Below are positions 24,301 through 35,220 of a DNA stretch of 64,000 nucleotides, piece by piece. Origin of the DNA: Takakia lepidozioides (lineage: Eukaryota > Plantae > Bryophyta); contig CM060734.1 of NCBI GenBank assembly GCA_030704615.1, positions 56,482,001-56,546,000 of the forward strand, read 5' to 3'. The position numbers and the translations under genes are program-made. The notes below the pieces were generated by a model. That model ran no database searches and was not told the origin of the DNA. It worked only from the letters and a program-made list of their open reading frames with translations. Each line of letters opens with the position of its first letter. Within the stretch, counting starts at the first letter, position 1.

Positions 24301-27300
24301 CACACACACATATGCCAAACAGGTAGAAAGATGAACAGAAGGGAAGGGGAGAAGGAAAGTTTATTTGAAGAAAATCACCGGCCAAATCAAGTACAATCTC
24401 GATGTTGTGGTCAACACACTGCACTGAGAACATGTCTATCAGCCCTTCAAGCTCCCGTCCTAGATCAAAGTCTGCCTCCTCCAGTAAAAGCATTCCTGAT
24501 TCCACCTGAATAAGGAACATGCAGCCATACACATCCTTCCTTACAAAGAGACCCCACATAGGAGTGATTTTTCTCCTCCTAAATCTCAGCATTTCCCTCA
24601 GGAGACTTCTATTGGCAGTTTGGACTACCTGTAATAAAGTTGGCTCCAGTACGGATTCCTGGTCTGGGTCCCAGGTTCATGACATATAAAACTTTACAGG
24701 CATGGCCACTGTCAACACATATGCTTTTGTTTCTTCCCCTTCTCCCCCAAAAACTGAGGACCTTGGATTGAGAAGTCTCCTCACTCCTTCTCCAGCTAAG
24801 CCAATTCTTCTCTCTTTCCCTCTTTCACACTCTCCTCTCTCTTGCTTGGGACTGGAAACCACCTTGCTCAGATCAAGAATATTGTTGAGGAGGGAAGAAG
24901 AAGAGTGGAGCAGCGACGAATTTGGGAAACCATGTTCACTTGCTCTGCAGTAAGATAATCATCACAAAGTAGTATGTCCAGCAGCCCGATGACAGCTGCC
25001 ATTGGTGTGCGAAGCTCATGGCTGCAGAGTGCCACAACCGACAAACTCCTAGATTAACTGGAGTAATGGAGGTAACTGGCTAGGGTGAAGGTCAAATATT
25101 GGTACTGTACAGTACTAACTACAAGCCCTCTGTTCTTAAATACTCGAAGATGAGCTCATATTTTAGCTGCACCTCACCTCTTTCTTCAGGTAACTGCATG
25201 CTTACGTAATGAGAAAAACAACACAAAGCTTTGGAGCAGCTATGATTTTTAGCAGAGGACACTATAAGTCCGTCAGCCATCAGCAATGCTTAATCGACCC
25301 GTAAGACCAGGTAGAAAGAAAATCACTGGAGGAAATCGTCAGACTTCGTAAAAAGCTCCCAACTTCCATGTCTGACAATTGCCGATTTCTTGTGTAGGAG
25401 ATGCTCGTGTACCTCATGTTAGCCAGAAACTGACTTTTATAGTTACTCGAGGCCTCTGCCCGCCTCCTTGCATCAAGATGGTTTATCAGCTCTGCCCGTA
25501 ACTTCATCTCAGTAGAGACTCCGCTGGTCAAGATGAGAATGAATATGCAGCCCACAAGCAGGATGCAGCTTGATATTGATATTAAAATGGCCAGTGTGGC
25601 ATGACCACTGTGGTCTACCTCTCCCATCACGAATGACCGCGGAGTTATGATTACACCCACCTGGCAAAAGAGACATGCATCAAACATCAGGTGAAGATTG
25701 TTTGGTCCTTCTCTGTCATCATCTTGCTTGCTAGGCCCTTCCAGAGACAAGTGACTCTGTGGCCAGATAAAAGATAGAATTCATCCTGCAAGACTTGGAT
25801 AGAGAATGCATGTCAATGAATTTGTTGCCATGACTCACGGGCTGTCTTGCCTGGAGGCATGACTCAACTGTAGTATTTCATGGGTAAGCAGGATTCAGGG
25901 GCCTGCCTGGAAACGATCATCAACTGGATTCATCATGGGAAAGACAGATTTGGCAAAAAGTACAGAGCCCTTATATCAGCTGGATTTACACTAACATATG
26001 CTTGGCACTACAATTCACCATTGAACCACTGTGAAAAATAGATCGTTTCAAAAAATTGAGAGAAATTCAGTGTCCAGGACTGTGACCAGGCTGATGAGTA
26101 ACCAAGATAGAATTTCAAAACAAAACTTAACAGGATCATGGGACTCACCAAAGGAAGTCTTGGGAGATTCAAAGAGAAAGTGTCGATGTAGTAGCGTGTG
26201 TTTCCTAAGTATATGTCTTCAACATGTATGGCATTTTGGAGGAGCCCTTCCTTGCCATATGTCTGCCACAGCCACTCTGCCCCGGCATGTATCACTGGAT
26301 CGCTTGATTCGTTGGCCAAAACCAATGATTTCTTTGATCCACTGTCATTTATCAGGGGTGCACTGGTGGAAGAAGCCAGCAAATAGCCATCTGCAGTGGT
26401 CAAGTAAATGTAGCCCTTGTGGGCATCTGTGAGCTCTCTCATCAGTAAGCTGATGCTAGAGAGCGCAGTGGTGATGCCTGTGACCGCAAAAATTGTATCA
26501 TTGGCAGGATGACGAATTGCCGAGGAACTTGATAAGAGTGGTGAATCCTCATTTGCATTAACTGTCACATGCCACGTGACTCCACCTTGCTTTAATTCTG
26601 ACACGCCTTGAATGTCCTTAGTTAAGTCATAAGCAGCTGTCATTTGAGGCGCACCTGTGGCTTGACCTGTTTCAGGATCGACTGGCTGGTAGTACCATGA
26701 CCAATTGGTATCCGCTCCAGGGGGAGAATCAGGCCAACTGCTCACAGGTGTCAAAGGAGGTGCAGGTGCCTGCGTGGGCAATTCAGTGGTTGGGGTGGAG
26801 TTGCTCAACATATTGCCCAGGCTTCCATTGGATTGCTGAGAATAAAAGTACTCAGTTTGATTACTTCCCACACTTCGGTCAAAAGCTTGGAGATGGCCAT
26901 TCTTGTATATAATAAAGACAGTCTTAAAGGTTTTCTGACTTACAAAAATTGCCCATGATATGTTTCTCATTGTTCCATACAGCTGCAATGACACAATCGA
27001 ACACTCAGAATTGTACCGTAAAGCACGCAGCTAGATGCGAATTCTTAGCTGCAAACAGACTTGCAACACTCCAAGATTGCGAGGTCCCCATGTAGCACTC
27101 CACAACCCCTCCAGTGACTGCCACCGTAGAAATTGCAAAATCAAAGACCCCAATAATGAAATGAAATGAAATGAACTGGTACTTTATAACGTCCGCGGAA
27201 AGCTCAAAGAGCTTATGGGACACAATAGAAAAACATGAGAGAGGAAACAAATCCAGAGCCAAAAAGAAGAAGAAGAAGAATAATAATAAGTGAAGCCCAG

Positions 27301-28774
27301 AAATACTATGCCAGAATCCCAAACAGGCCCAGATTGAATGACAGACCACCACATTATGCAACCACAGGACATCACAAGTAAATTGAAACTGCAGCAGTAA
27401 CGAGGGTGACGGACCAATGTGCCTGACAATCCTCCCACGGTATCCTTGTAAAAACAAAAACCACTGAGGATCCTTAACTGGTGGCCGTGGACATACAAGA
27501 TACAGCGCCAAGGCTAACCCTGTACACAAATCATCCTTCTTTAAGGGAAAGAAACAAAGACCATGGCAAGTTATACCCACCTCCGTTTCCTGACTCGCAT
27601 TCATCACCAATGCATACTGCCCAACCGCAAACTCAGAGAGATAGACTTGCGCTACAGTAGTGTCATGTGTTGCATTCAGCAGATTCCACATCCGTGAAAT
27701 GGGGCGCTGCAGCAGTTCTGTCCGCAAACTATATGCCAGGGTCTTGATTGACCTTGTAGTATACGCCACGGTAAAGTGCCAAGTCAAAATGGTCAACAAG
27801 CCTATCAAAATGGCCAGCATCACCTGCCCCCCATCCAATAAATATGACACATCAACCATTTGCAACTTGAACCAACCCCAACATGGAATAGCCTCAATTA
27901 AATCTTAAGAAGACTCTAATCTGTAATCGACTAAAAAAGAAGAAGATTGCACAGGAGTTCAGTGCAGCTCTCCACATGGGATAACTACAACTCCTCAATG
28001 CCCTCACTTGTTTGCAATCTATCTCACTGTTATTTGCTTCTTGAGCTGCAGAGCACTACTGGTAGAACATAACTGGAGGGCATCCAGGCCAGGATCATTG
28101 CGTGATGTGCAACTTTACAAAGGCATCAGGAGAACCGTGTCCCCGAACAACAGATCTGCAATGATCTGGGTACTTTTGCCACCCACTTTGGGTATCTTCA
28201 AGGCTCTGACAACTTATCCCATGCCGCACAGGCAGCCCCCTTCAGAATCTGACACTTGAAAGTCCCTATTGTGAGCACAGTCTTGTAGTCCAGACCATTT
28301 CGCCTATCGTGCCCAGAAACCAGCCAACTGTATCCGTTTGCTTCACAGGGAGGGACAAAGAGAAAAAATGCAGAGCACCTGAAGGATTCAAAGAAGGACG
28401 AATTCATTTTTATTTTTATTCAGGATCCCACTGGAGTTACCCAGAGGGAGAGGGAGGTAGGATATGGGCAGGAGATTGTACAACGAAACACACCGTTATA
28501 ACAGACGTGAAAACAGGAGCATACATACCATAATGCCAAGGCGGGCAGCAAAAATGCTGTAGTAGTAGGTACGGCGATGAGGTCGATGGAAATTGGAATC
28601 CTGGTCTTGTAAGTCGGCATCCACCACGTGCACAGCATTTCGCCTGCGAACGCAGCCCCAGCAGTTGAGCCTAGCCTTAACCCACTGCCTCCAACCCCCC
28701 TGCCCATGCTCACAGAAGCCGCCACAGGAGCAGCAGCCCCCATCCAGCATTACCTGCTCCGGCCTACCCCCCAT
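18356..28774 (-). CDS. AHK1: AHK1-like hybrid sensor histidine kinase (2 TM, extracellular domain, HisKA, HATPase, pseudo-receiver, receiver); about 1519 aa if a 1-nt frameshift in exon 5 is corrected
   Basis: Exons 28529-28774, 27581-27823, 26149-26982, 25413-25660, 24863-25021, 24379-24505, 23384-23473, 23015-23200, 22683-22752, 22344-22386, 21507-21656, 20545-21264, 18916-20142 and 18356-18571, all GT-AG. Motifs YYSIFAARLGIM/VMLAILIGLLTILTWHFT, EASSNYKSQFLANMSHELRTPM, NSIKFT, EVEDTGCGI, GGTGLGL, LLAED, LMDCQMPRMDG and YLTKP match Arabidopsis AHK1 as I recall it. Confidence 0.93.
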
Positions 28775-29591
28775 AGATCTACACTCCAACCACCCGCAGC
28801 TGAAATCTGCAAGATCTCCACGCCATTTGCCTCCCTCCACCTCCAACCTCAATTTTCTCAATTTTTCACCGCCTTTGCATACAGCAAACTCAATTCAACG
28901 CCTGCTCACAACACACTTGATCTCCCACCTTCTCCACTTGGTAAAGCTCCTGCCTTGTGCAGCGGTGGAGCCAGCAATCGGCTGCGATCTCCACCACCAT
29001 CCGCAGCAGCAGCGTGCAGCCCTGCCATGGACCCCTCCGTGGCACCCCCAAAGTCAAAACTTGCGCTACGTCACCCTCTTCAGTTGTCAACGGATCCCTT
29101 CTTAAAAAAATTAACGCTCTTATTATTATTACTACTCCTGCCCTGCCCGCTACCACACCTTTCGTTGACCTTTACCTTTATCTTTACCTTTACCTTAGTA
29201 AGTTTACCCTCATTGTACCTTTACACGTTTAGGTGTATTATATATAAGTAATGATAATTCAATTTTTAATATTATTGAGGAGGAAGACTCTCGTAACTGA
29301 TGGTGTCATTTCACAGGCATTTCACCATAGTGTAACCCCACGTGGAGTTACACTCCCCATGGTGTAACCCCGACTGGAGTTTAGGTACACTCCCTCCCAC
29401 CCATGGGACCCTCTGTCACCCCTACTTTTTTTTTTTCTTAAGAGGAACAGGGGATTACTCAGCTCCCTTAGTAACTGGAGTTACACTCCCTTCAGACCAT
29501 GTCACTGTCAATTTCTCAAAAGAGGTGGGGGAAGATTTGACATGCTAGAAACCAGAGTACCAAGAGGTTGCACATGTGCATTAAGTTATTA

Positions 29592-29790
29592 CCATAGTAC
29601 CTTGGCAAGTTCGACACAAATTTTAATATTTTAAAGACTATTGAAAATTTTGGAAATTAGTTTTATGAAATTAAATAATTTTGTGAATGATAATAAAGTA
29701 TCTTTGGGAATATTCTATATTTGGAAATGGAATTCTCAAAATAAAATAAATATTCGACAGAATAGTGTTGAACTTGCCAAGGTACTATGG
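29592..29790. mobile_element. Tc1/mariner (Stowaway-like) MITE upstream of the histidine kinase
   Basis: 26-bp TIRs CCATAGTACCTTGGCAAGTTCGACAC and GTGTTGAACTTGCCAAGGTACTATGG with one mismatch. TA on both sides and an AT-rich core. Confidence 0.9.
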
Positions 29791-29951
29791 TATTACCTCA
29801 TTTCTATTCCTAGTGTTAATGGTCCTATGTACCCCTACCTTGGTCAACACTGCTGCCCAAATGAAGGGCTCCAAAGTACTCATGTACCCACACATGAAAT
29901 AATCGGTAGGGTTGACTTGGGAACTTATGTGGTTTTGTGTTAACTATTAAC

Positions 29952-30571
29952 CAGTGTTGCGAGTTCGGCGGGCATATGTGCAAGGGTAAAGATATGCTAG
30001 AACGAACCCCGCTGGTGTGTCATACAGCCTATAGCCCGAGTGTGTAGAACTTAGGGTTTAGGGTTCCAAACATACCCAAACTGATACCATACCAGTAACC
30101 ATAGTTGGTTGGAGCAATACTCTGATTGCGAACAATACTTAGGGGGGAGTGCTTGGAGATGGAAGGGGTAGCAATTACGGTGCCCCCATGTTGTGTTTGC
30201 TATGGGAGGGGTTTCATTTTTGCGGCTGGATCTTTGATGTGGGGAGGCGCAAAAAGATTGAGCAGATCGGCTTTGTGATTGCAATTTTTTTTTTTACCTT
30301 TTGTATGTTGCCCTCAATCTGGTTTTTTTTTTCAGCTTTGAATGGAGTATGATGAATGTTGGGGTATACCCTACCATGGGACATGCTGCCCAGTATGTCA
30401 CTTGAGTTTTTGCCATACCCATGCCTAGGACCAAGGTATCTCGAAATTGGAAAAACTCATACCCATCCTATAACCTATCCTGGCCAGTCATAATCTACTA
30501 CCAGTTGGACCCAACAGCCAAGTAAGACCAGTTTGATATGCCAAAATGGACCTACTACCAGTACAACACTG
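29952..30571. mobile_element. Possible hAT-like non-autonomous element
   Basis: Termini CAGTGTTG...CAACACTG are the same type as those of 42059-42837, and the interior is rich in TACCA motifs. No clean TSD. Confidence 0.35.
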
Positions 30572-31039
30572 GTATTGATCCATAATCTCCCAAGTGGTTT
30601 TATGGTACCCTACTCCACTGAAATCCGTCCGACCAACTACTTATAACCACCATTCATCCACAATTTTCAACCATATATAGATAACTTTGACAACCAAGTT
30701 GTCCTAGCCGGGTGGTAACGGGCATATACCACCTCCGATCTGGTTGTGGGTTCCACAAACATGTCTACCTTCCGATTGGGAGGCAATATAGACCTTCGGG
30801 TTGAAGAGACACCATAATTTACACTTCCTTAAGAGGTGTCATACACCTTTAGTGCATCGGAGTGTGTTGCTTTTGTTTGGGTCGAATTAACCCTTCTCTT
30901 CCAATTGAGATCTACCACTACTCTGGCTCCAACTTTTGCTGGTTCTTGCAAGTCAATGGATAGCCCGCGGTAAGCTTGGACATCAATACAAAACTTCCCC
31001 AAGCGAAAAATAAAATAAAAATATGACGCCTCATGAAGG

Positions 31040-31794
31040 GAGCGTAACTTATGGTGTCACTTCACCACAAGGGCTACTGCCTTCCAGCTGGAAGGTGGAC
31101 ACCTTCATGACACACCAGACCGTGGTTTGAACCCACAACCACATCCAACGTGGTATGTGGCTACATGCTGGTTGTCTCCCCATGCAAAATCTCCGCTGCA
31201 GCATATGCCGATGACCTTGCCATCCTTGCCCATAAACCAAACACCTAAATCGACAAGTCACCAAACTATACTGCTTCAACCAATGGTCCGGTATGGAGCT
31301 TACTGCACTTGAGTAGGTAGCCCAGTGGTTGGGTGTTTGTGCCTTGCCTGTGCATAACCTAGGTGATCCTGGGTTCAATCCTTCAACATGTGCCATCAGA
31401 CCGTCCATTGGCCCTCGATGGCATGTGTGTTGAGCAGTAGGCTCTGTAAATTCACTGGACGTTAAAGAATCTTTATCTTTATCTTTATCTCCACAAATGT
31501 GTTGTTACCGCGGTAACACATCACAACCGACTCATCAAATCCGCTATCGCCTCCCACTACAAACTATGTATACATTATCAGAACAAACCTTTCCCCTTCT
31601 TGGGCCCAAATGAACAATACACCGACCTGGGCATCCAACTAGTCCTGTCCCTCACCTGGCACATTCAGAAAGGCACCACGCTATCCAAACTAGCCAATAA
31701 AAGCATGGCTCTCCTCAAATCCCCAGTTGCCGTTAGACCCAAATTATCAATCATACAATCAGTACTAAAACCCAAGTTCAATATTCATTCCTAG
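31040..31794 (+). pseudogene. Non-LTR retrotransposon reverse transcriptase fragment, split by a SINE
   Basis: ISAAAYADDLAIL at about 31190-31228. WSGMEL|NLHKCVVT is restored when 31303-31486 is removed. QYTDLGIQLVLSLTW follows downstream. Confidence 0.8.
31303..31486 (+). mobile_element. tRNA-derived SINE, family 2, with (ATCTTT)n tail
   Basis: A-box-like TAGCCCAGTGG, B-box GGTTCAATCC and a tandem ATCTTT tail. Removing it restores the RT reading frame. The head is duplicated at 5548. Confidence 0.8.
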
Positions 31795-32155
31795 AAGTTG
31801 TTGCAGTTTGATCTGGGAGACTCGTTATGGATGTCTAAAAACCATCACCCCATTTTTACCAGCTACTCAGTTAAGCTGGGTTATTTGTTGCTTAAACCCT
31901 AGATCGAAAGATCTTGCGACGTAAGTGGTGACATAATCCATACATCTCTATTTAAAGGTCAAAATCAATATGGAGTAAAGTCTGGAGGAAAGATAGAGCG
32001 GCAAAAATCAACCATTACTTTCAAAATGTAGGCCCAAGTGCACTGGAGTGAGAGGGCCTATAAAAAGGAAATTTAACCTTGTGGGCCAGTATATCACTGG
32101 AGAGTTCAAGGCCGGTTCATCATCTTTTTTCTCCTGGTGAACACATTCCATTCAT

Positions 32156-32530
32156 TAGAGTTATCCGTAAATTGTCCCAAACTCGGCATGAGAACCCTGA
32201 GTTTGGCCAAAACTGGGCATGAGACTCAAAACTTAGGATCAAGCGGTACGACTAGAAAAAAACACGAGATCAAACTGCCAGGACTAGGAAAATGGGGGTG
32301 GCAGGAGTTTGGACCCGAGTTTTGTTTGTCGTTGAGGCGGAGGAGCTCACGAGCTCATGTGAGCAGCCATTGCCCTCATCCCCAGTTTATGATTAGGTGC
32401 CCTCTTTTTTACTTCATGCCCAGTTTTCTACACTTTACGGATGTACTCAAACCTCAGGATGAAACCCCCAACCCCGTAACTCGGGTCCAAACAGGGTACC
32501 AAACTCAGGCTCACTTTATGGATAACTCTA
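32156..32530. mobile_element. MITE with TAGAG termini (hAT-like)
   Basis: TIRs TAGAGTTATCCGTAAATTG and CACTTTATGGATAACTCTA, with subterminal AAACTC/GAGTTT motifs. No TSD evident. Confidence 0.6.
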
Positions 32531-32685
32531 TTAATGTCATTGTTTCATTGAACGTTTTATTGCAGAGGTAGCATATTAATTGGCCTGGTAATTTTGGGTC
32601 TGACATCCAAACGGTTAGTACATTTCATTCATTCGTTGTTTGCAACATTCCAATAATTGAAATAATGATGTTTTATTTCCAGCAA

Positions 32686-32753
32686 TCCCTCCTCAAGGGC
32701 CTGAATTTGTGGGCTGTTGCTCCCCGGTTTCTTTTATTAAAAATAAAATAAAA
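32686..32753 (+). mobile_element. 5'-truncated copy of SINE family 1
   Basis: CCTCAAGGGCCTGAAT(TT)GTGGGCTGT.GCTCCC.GGTTTC matches about 3368-3407. A-rich tail; TCCAGCAA is duplicated on both flanks (candidate TSD). Confidence 0.7.
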
Positions 32754-33909
32754 TCCAGCAAAATCCCGTTTCAAGCCTAAGAGCTCAGGCTCCGAGGAAT
32801 TTTGTTTTAAATGGAATCTCTAGAAATCAAGATGTGATTGGGTTTTTTTGGGGCAAACCCCACTGTTATGTTTAATATTCATCATGACTTACCGACCGAG
32901 AAGTGGAAACCCGGAGTGGTCTTCCCATAGCCTGGGACAAAAAGAGGCTGCAGCTTCTCAAGGGCTTTGACCTCTCCTGGGGCAAGGGCAGAATTCTCTA
33001 GCCTCCAAACTCGAGTAGACTTTTTTTTCTTAAAAAATATGTTAAAAGTTTTCTCTCTTAGTAACAGGTGGTTATCTATCTGGTTATATATGTATATAAG
33101 CACTCTAGGTGAAAAAATAAGTAACCGGTCCAGTTAGGAACGCCTCTCATTTTAAGATAATAGGGTCTTCAATGGGCACGTGCGATGTGGCCGGTGGGCC
33201 CCGCGCACGGACGCCCGGCTCCCCAGCCCCCGCCCGCCCGCCCGCTGCTGCGCGCGGTCGCCCAGCCGCGCGGCCAGTTCCCCGCCCATGAGTCCGCTGC
33301 CCTCCAGTCTGCCAGCTGCTGGCCAGTCGGCTGCCCAACAGTCTGCCAGTCCGCCAGTCCGTTGTTGGCCAGTCCGCTGCCCAGCAGTCTGCCAGTCCGC
33401 CAGTCCGCCAGTCTGCCCGCCAGTCCGCTGGCCAGTCCCCTGCCATCAAGTCCGACGACGGCGCAGGATCGCCACCATCCATTCCCATAACCCATCCGAG
33501 CCCTCCATCTTTAGGGCTGCGAAAATGGCAATGATCTTCCCACCAAATCCCGGCCGCTCTCTATTGACGGCTGTTTGTTGTCCGATGTTGCGGTAGGCGT
33601 TTCCATGCACGCAACTGTTCCTCTTTTGCGCGCGATGTTCATGATGATGATAAAGCGTGTGCTTGAACATGAGAGGACTGTCTGGGCACTACATCCACCA
33701 TCGTGCATATGCTTCCACTATTTTTGTCTTCTTGTTGTGCTTTCGGGAACCTTCGTTTTATGGTTTGGTTCTATGTCATAAAATATGGAAAATGCGGACA
33801 TCTGTCGTCGATAACGTCCTCTACTTGTGATCCGTCATGATACGTTTAGCCCCTTCGTACTGCATCCCCTATGAGAGCCTTCACAAGTTTAGTTCGTTAA
33901 AGGAACCCA

Positions 33910-34155
33910 TGGGTAACATGGGCGCAAAAATGGTGGAAGCGTATGCACATGGGGGCGTGTATTGCAGATTTCGTATCGGACGATGGGACTGTTTATGTGA
34001 CCAAGTATAGCGGCTTGCATCCGTCGTGCATAAGTTGTGGAAAGGGTGGAGAATCTGAAGAAACCCAGCTTTGTGATGGATCCACATGGTATTATATAAG
34101 GGATGGCAGCACAAAAAAACAATTCGAGTCGTCACGGAACACCATCCAGTCGTAA
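33910..34155 (+). pseudogene. PHD-finger-like fragment inside the MULE
   Basis: SCISCGKGGESEETQLCDG matches the N-terminal half of a PHD finger. The second half (C..H..C) is missing. Confidence 0.4.
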
Positions 34156-35220
34156 GGTCCTCAAACATCCACACGCACCTGCTGAATGCAGATGTCTGAG
34201 CCACGACGAGAGATGTCTAAGACAATTGCATCTGCAAATGCGCGTGGATGTTTGAGGTCCGTTGTGTCGCGAGTTTGTTCACAGTGGGTCCGCTGGCCCG
34301 TTAGTGCTCCGGATATTCCCCTTATCGCGTGTATAACAGTCAGTTTGGAGGCGGTCTGCTGGAAGTCCATCTGTTGGGATATCAGTCTGTTGCACTTGTG
34401 AATTTGTCAGTCTGTTGTATCGGAAGTCTGTTGCACTAAGTCTGTTTGACTTCTTATTTTCCCTCCGGTCAGTCTTTTGGCTTGTTCTCCCGCCAGTCTG
34501 GCAAAACGTCCGTCTGTTGGACAGTTCTCCTCTATGGATATCAGTCTGTTGGACAGTGCATGCATCAGTCTGTTGTGCCGCGAGTCTGTTCGCAATGGGT
34601 GTGTTCGATTTTCCTGTTCTCCCCTTACTCTCTTTTGTCTTCATTCCACTGGCAGGGAAGTGCCTCCAATATGAAGCCGCTTCGCCTCAGCAAAGCGAAT
34701 AGTCCGCTGGACTGGCGGTCCGGTGGACTCTCGGCCCGATGGGAAATGAGTCTGCTGCACTTGCGAGGAGCGTGGATGAATTTAGTACGATCCGTTCGTT
34801 CGGTGGACGTATTCAATGCGATGACGGCGGATAGTTGGCGCCTGTGAAATCGCGCCACGTTGGCAGTGCCATGCCCGCTTTCCCCCTTCTACTTCTACTT
34901 TCTCCATTTTCTTCGCGCATGTTTCTTCGCACAGTTTTGCACTGCTTTGTTTTTCTCTTTGCGTTTCCATCACCGTAACGAAAGACGACCGTTCTTCCCC
35001 AGGTGTGGAGAGTCGCGGTGAGCCGCGAAGCGTCGCAAACACGCTCGCCTTCGTAACAACTCGAAGTTCATCAGCTTGGTGAGGTTCTCACTTGCTGCGG
35101 TGTTTCCATTCCATTCTGTGTCCTCTTCTTGCTTAGGGTGAGTCTTTCAATAGGACTTCTATCTGTCGCTCTGTCGCTCTGTCGCTCATTGTCCTTGCAC
35201 CTTCGTTTCATTCTGCAGCG

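Noticed and set aside
28593-29251. Plus-strand ORFs of 170 and 207 aa
   Set aside because: Antisense to exon 1 and the 5' UTR of the histidine kinase, low complexity, no recognisable motifs.
31311-31395. Functional tRNA gene
   Set aside because: It interrupts an RT frame, has a tandem-repeat tail and has a second partial copy, so it is a SINE head.
33147-33596. Several overlapping GC-rich ORFs at the MULE left end (and 41367-41739 at the right end)
   Set aside because: They are artefacts of the GC-rich TIR and AGTCYG repeats, and mirror-image peptides appear at both ends.
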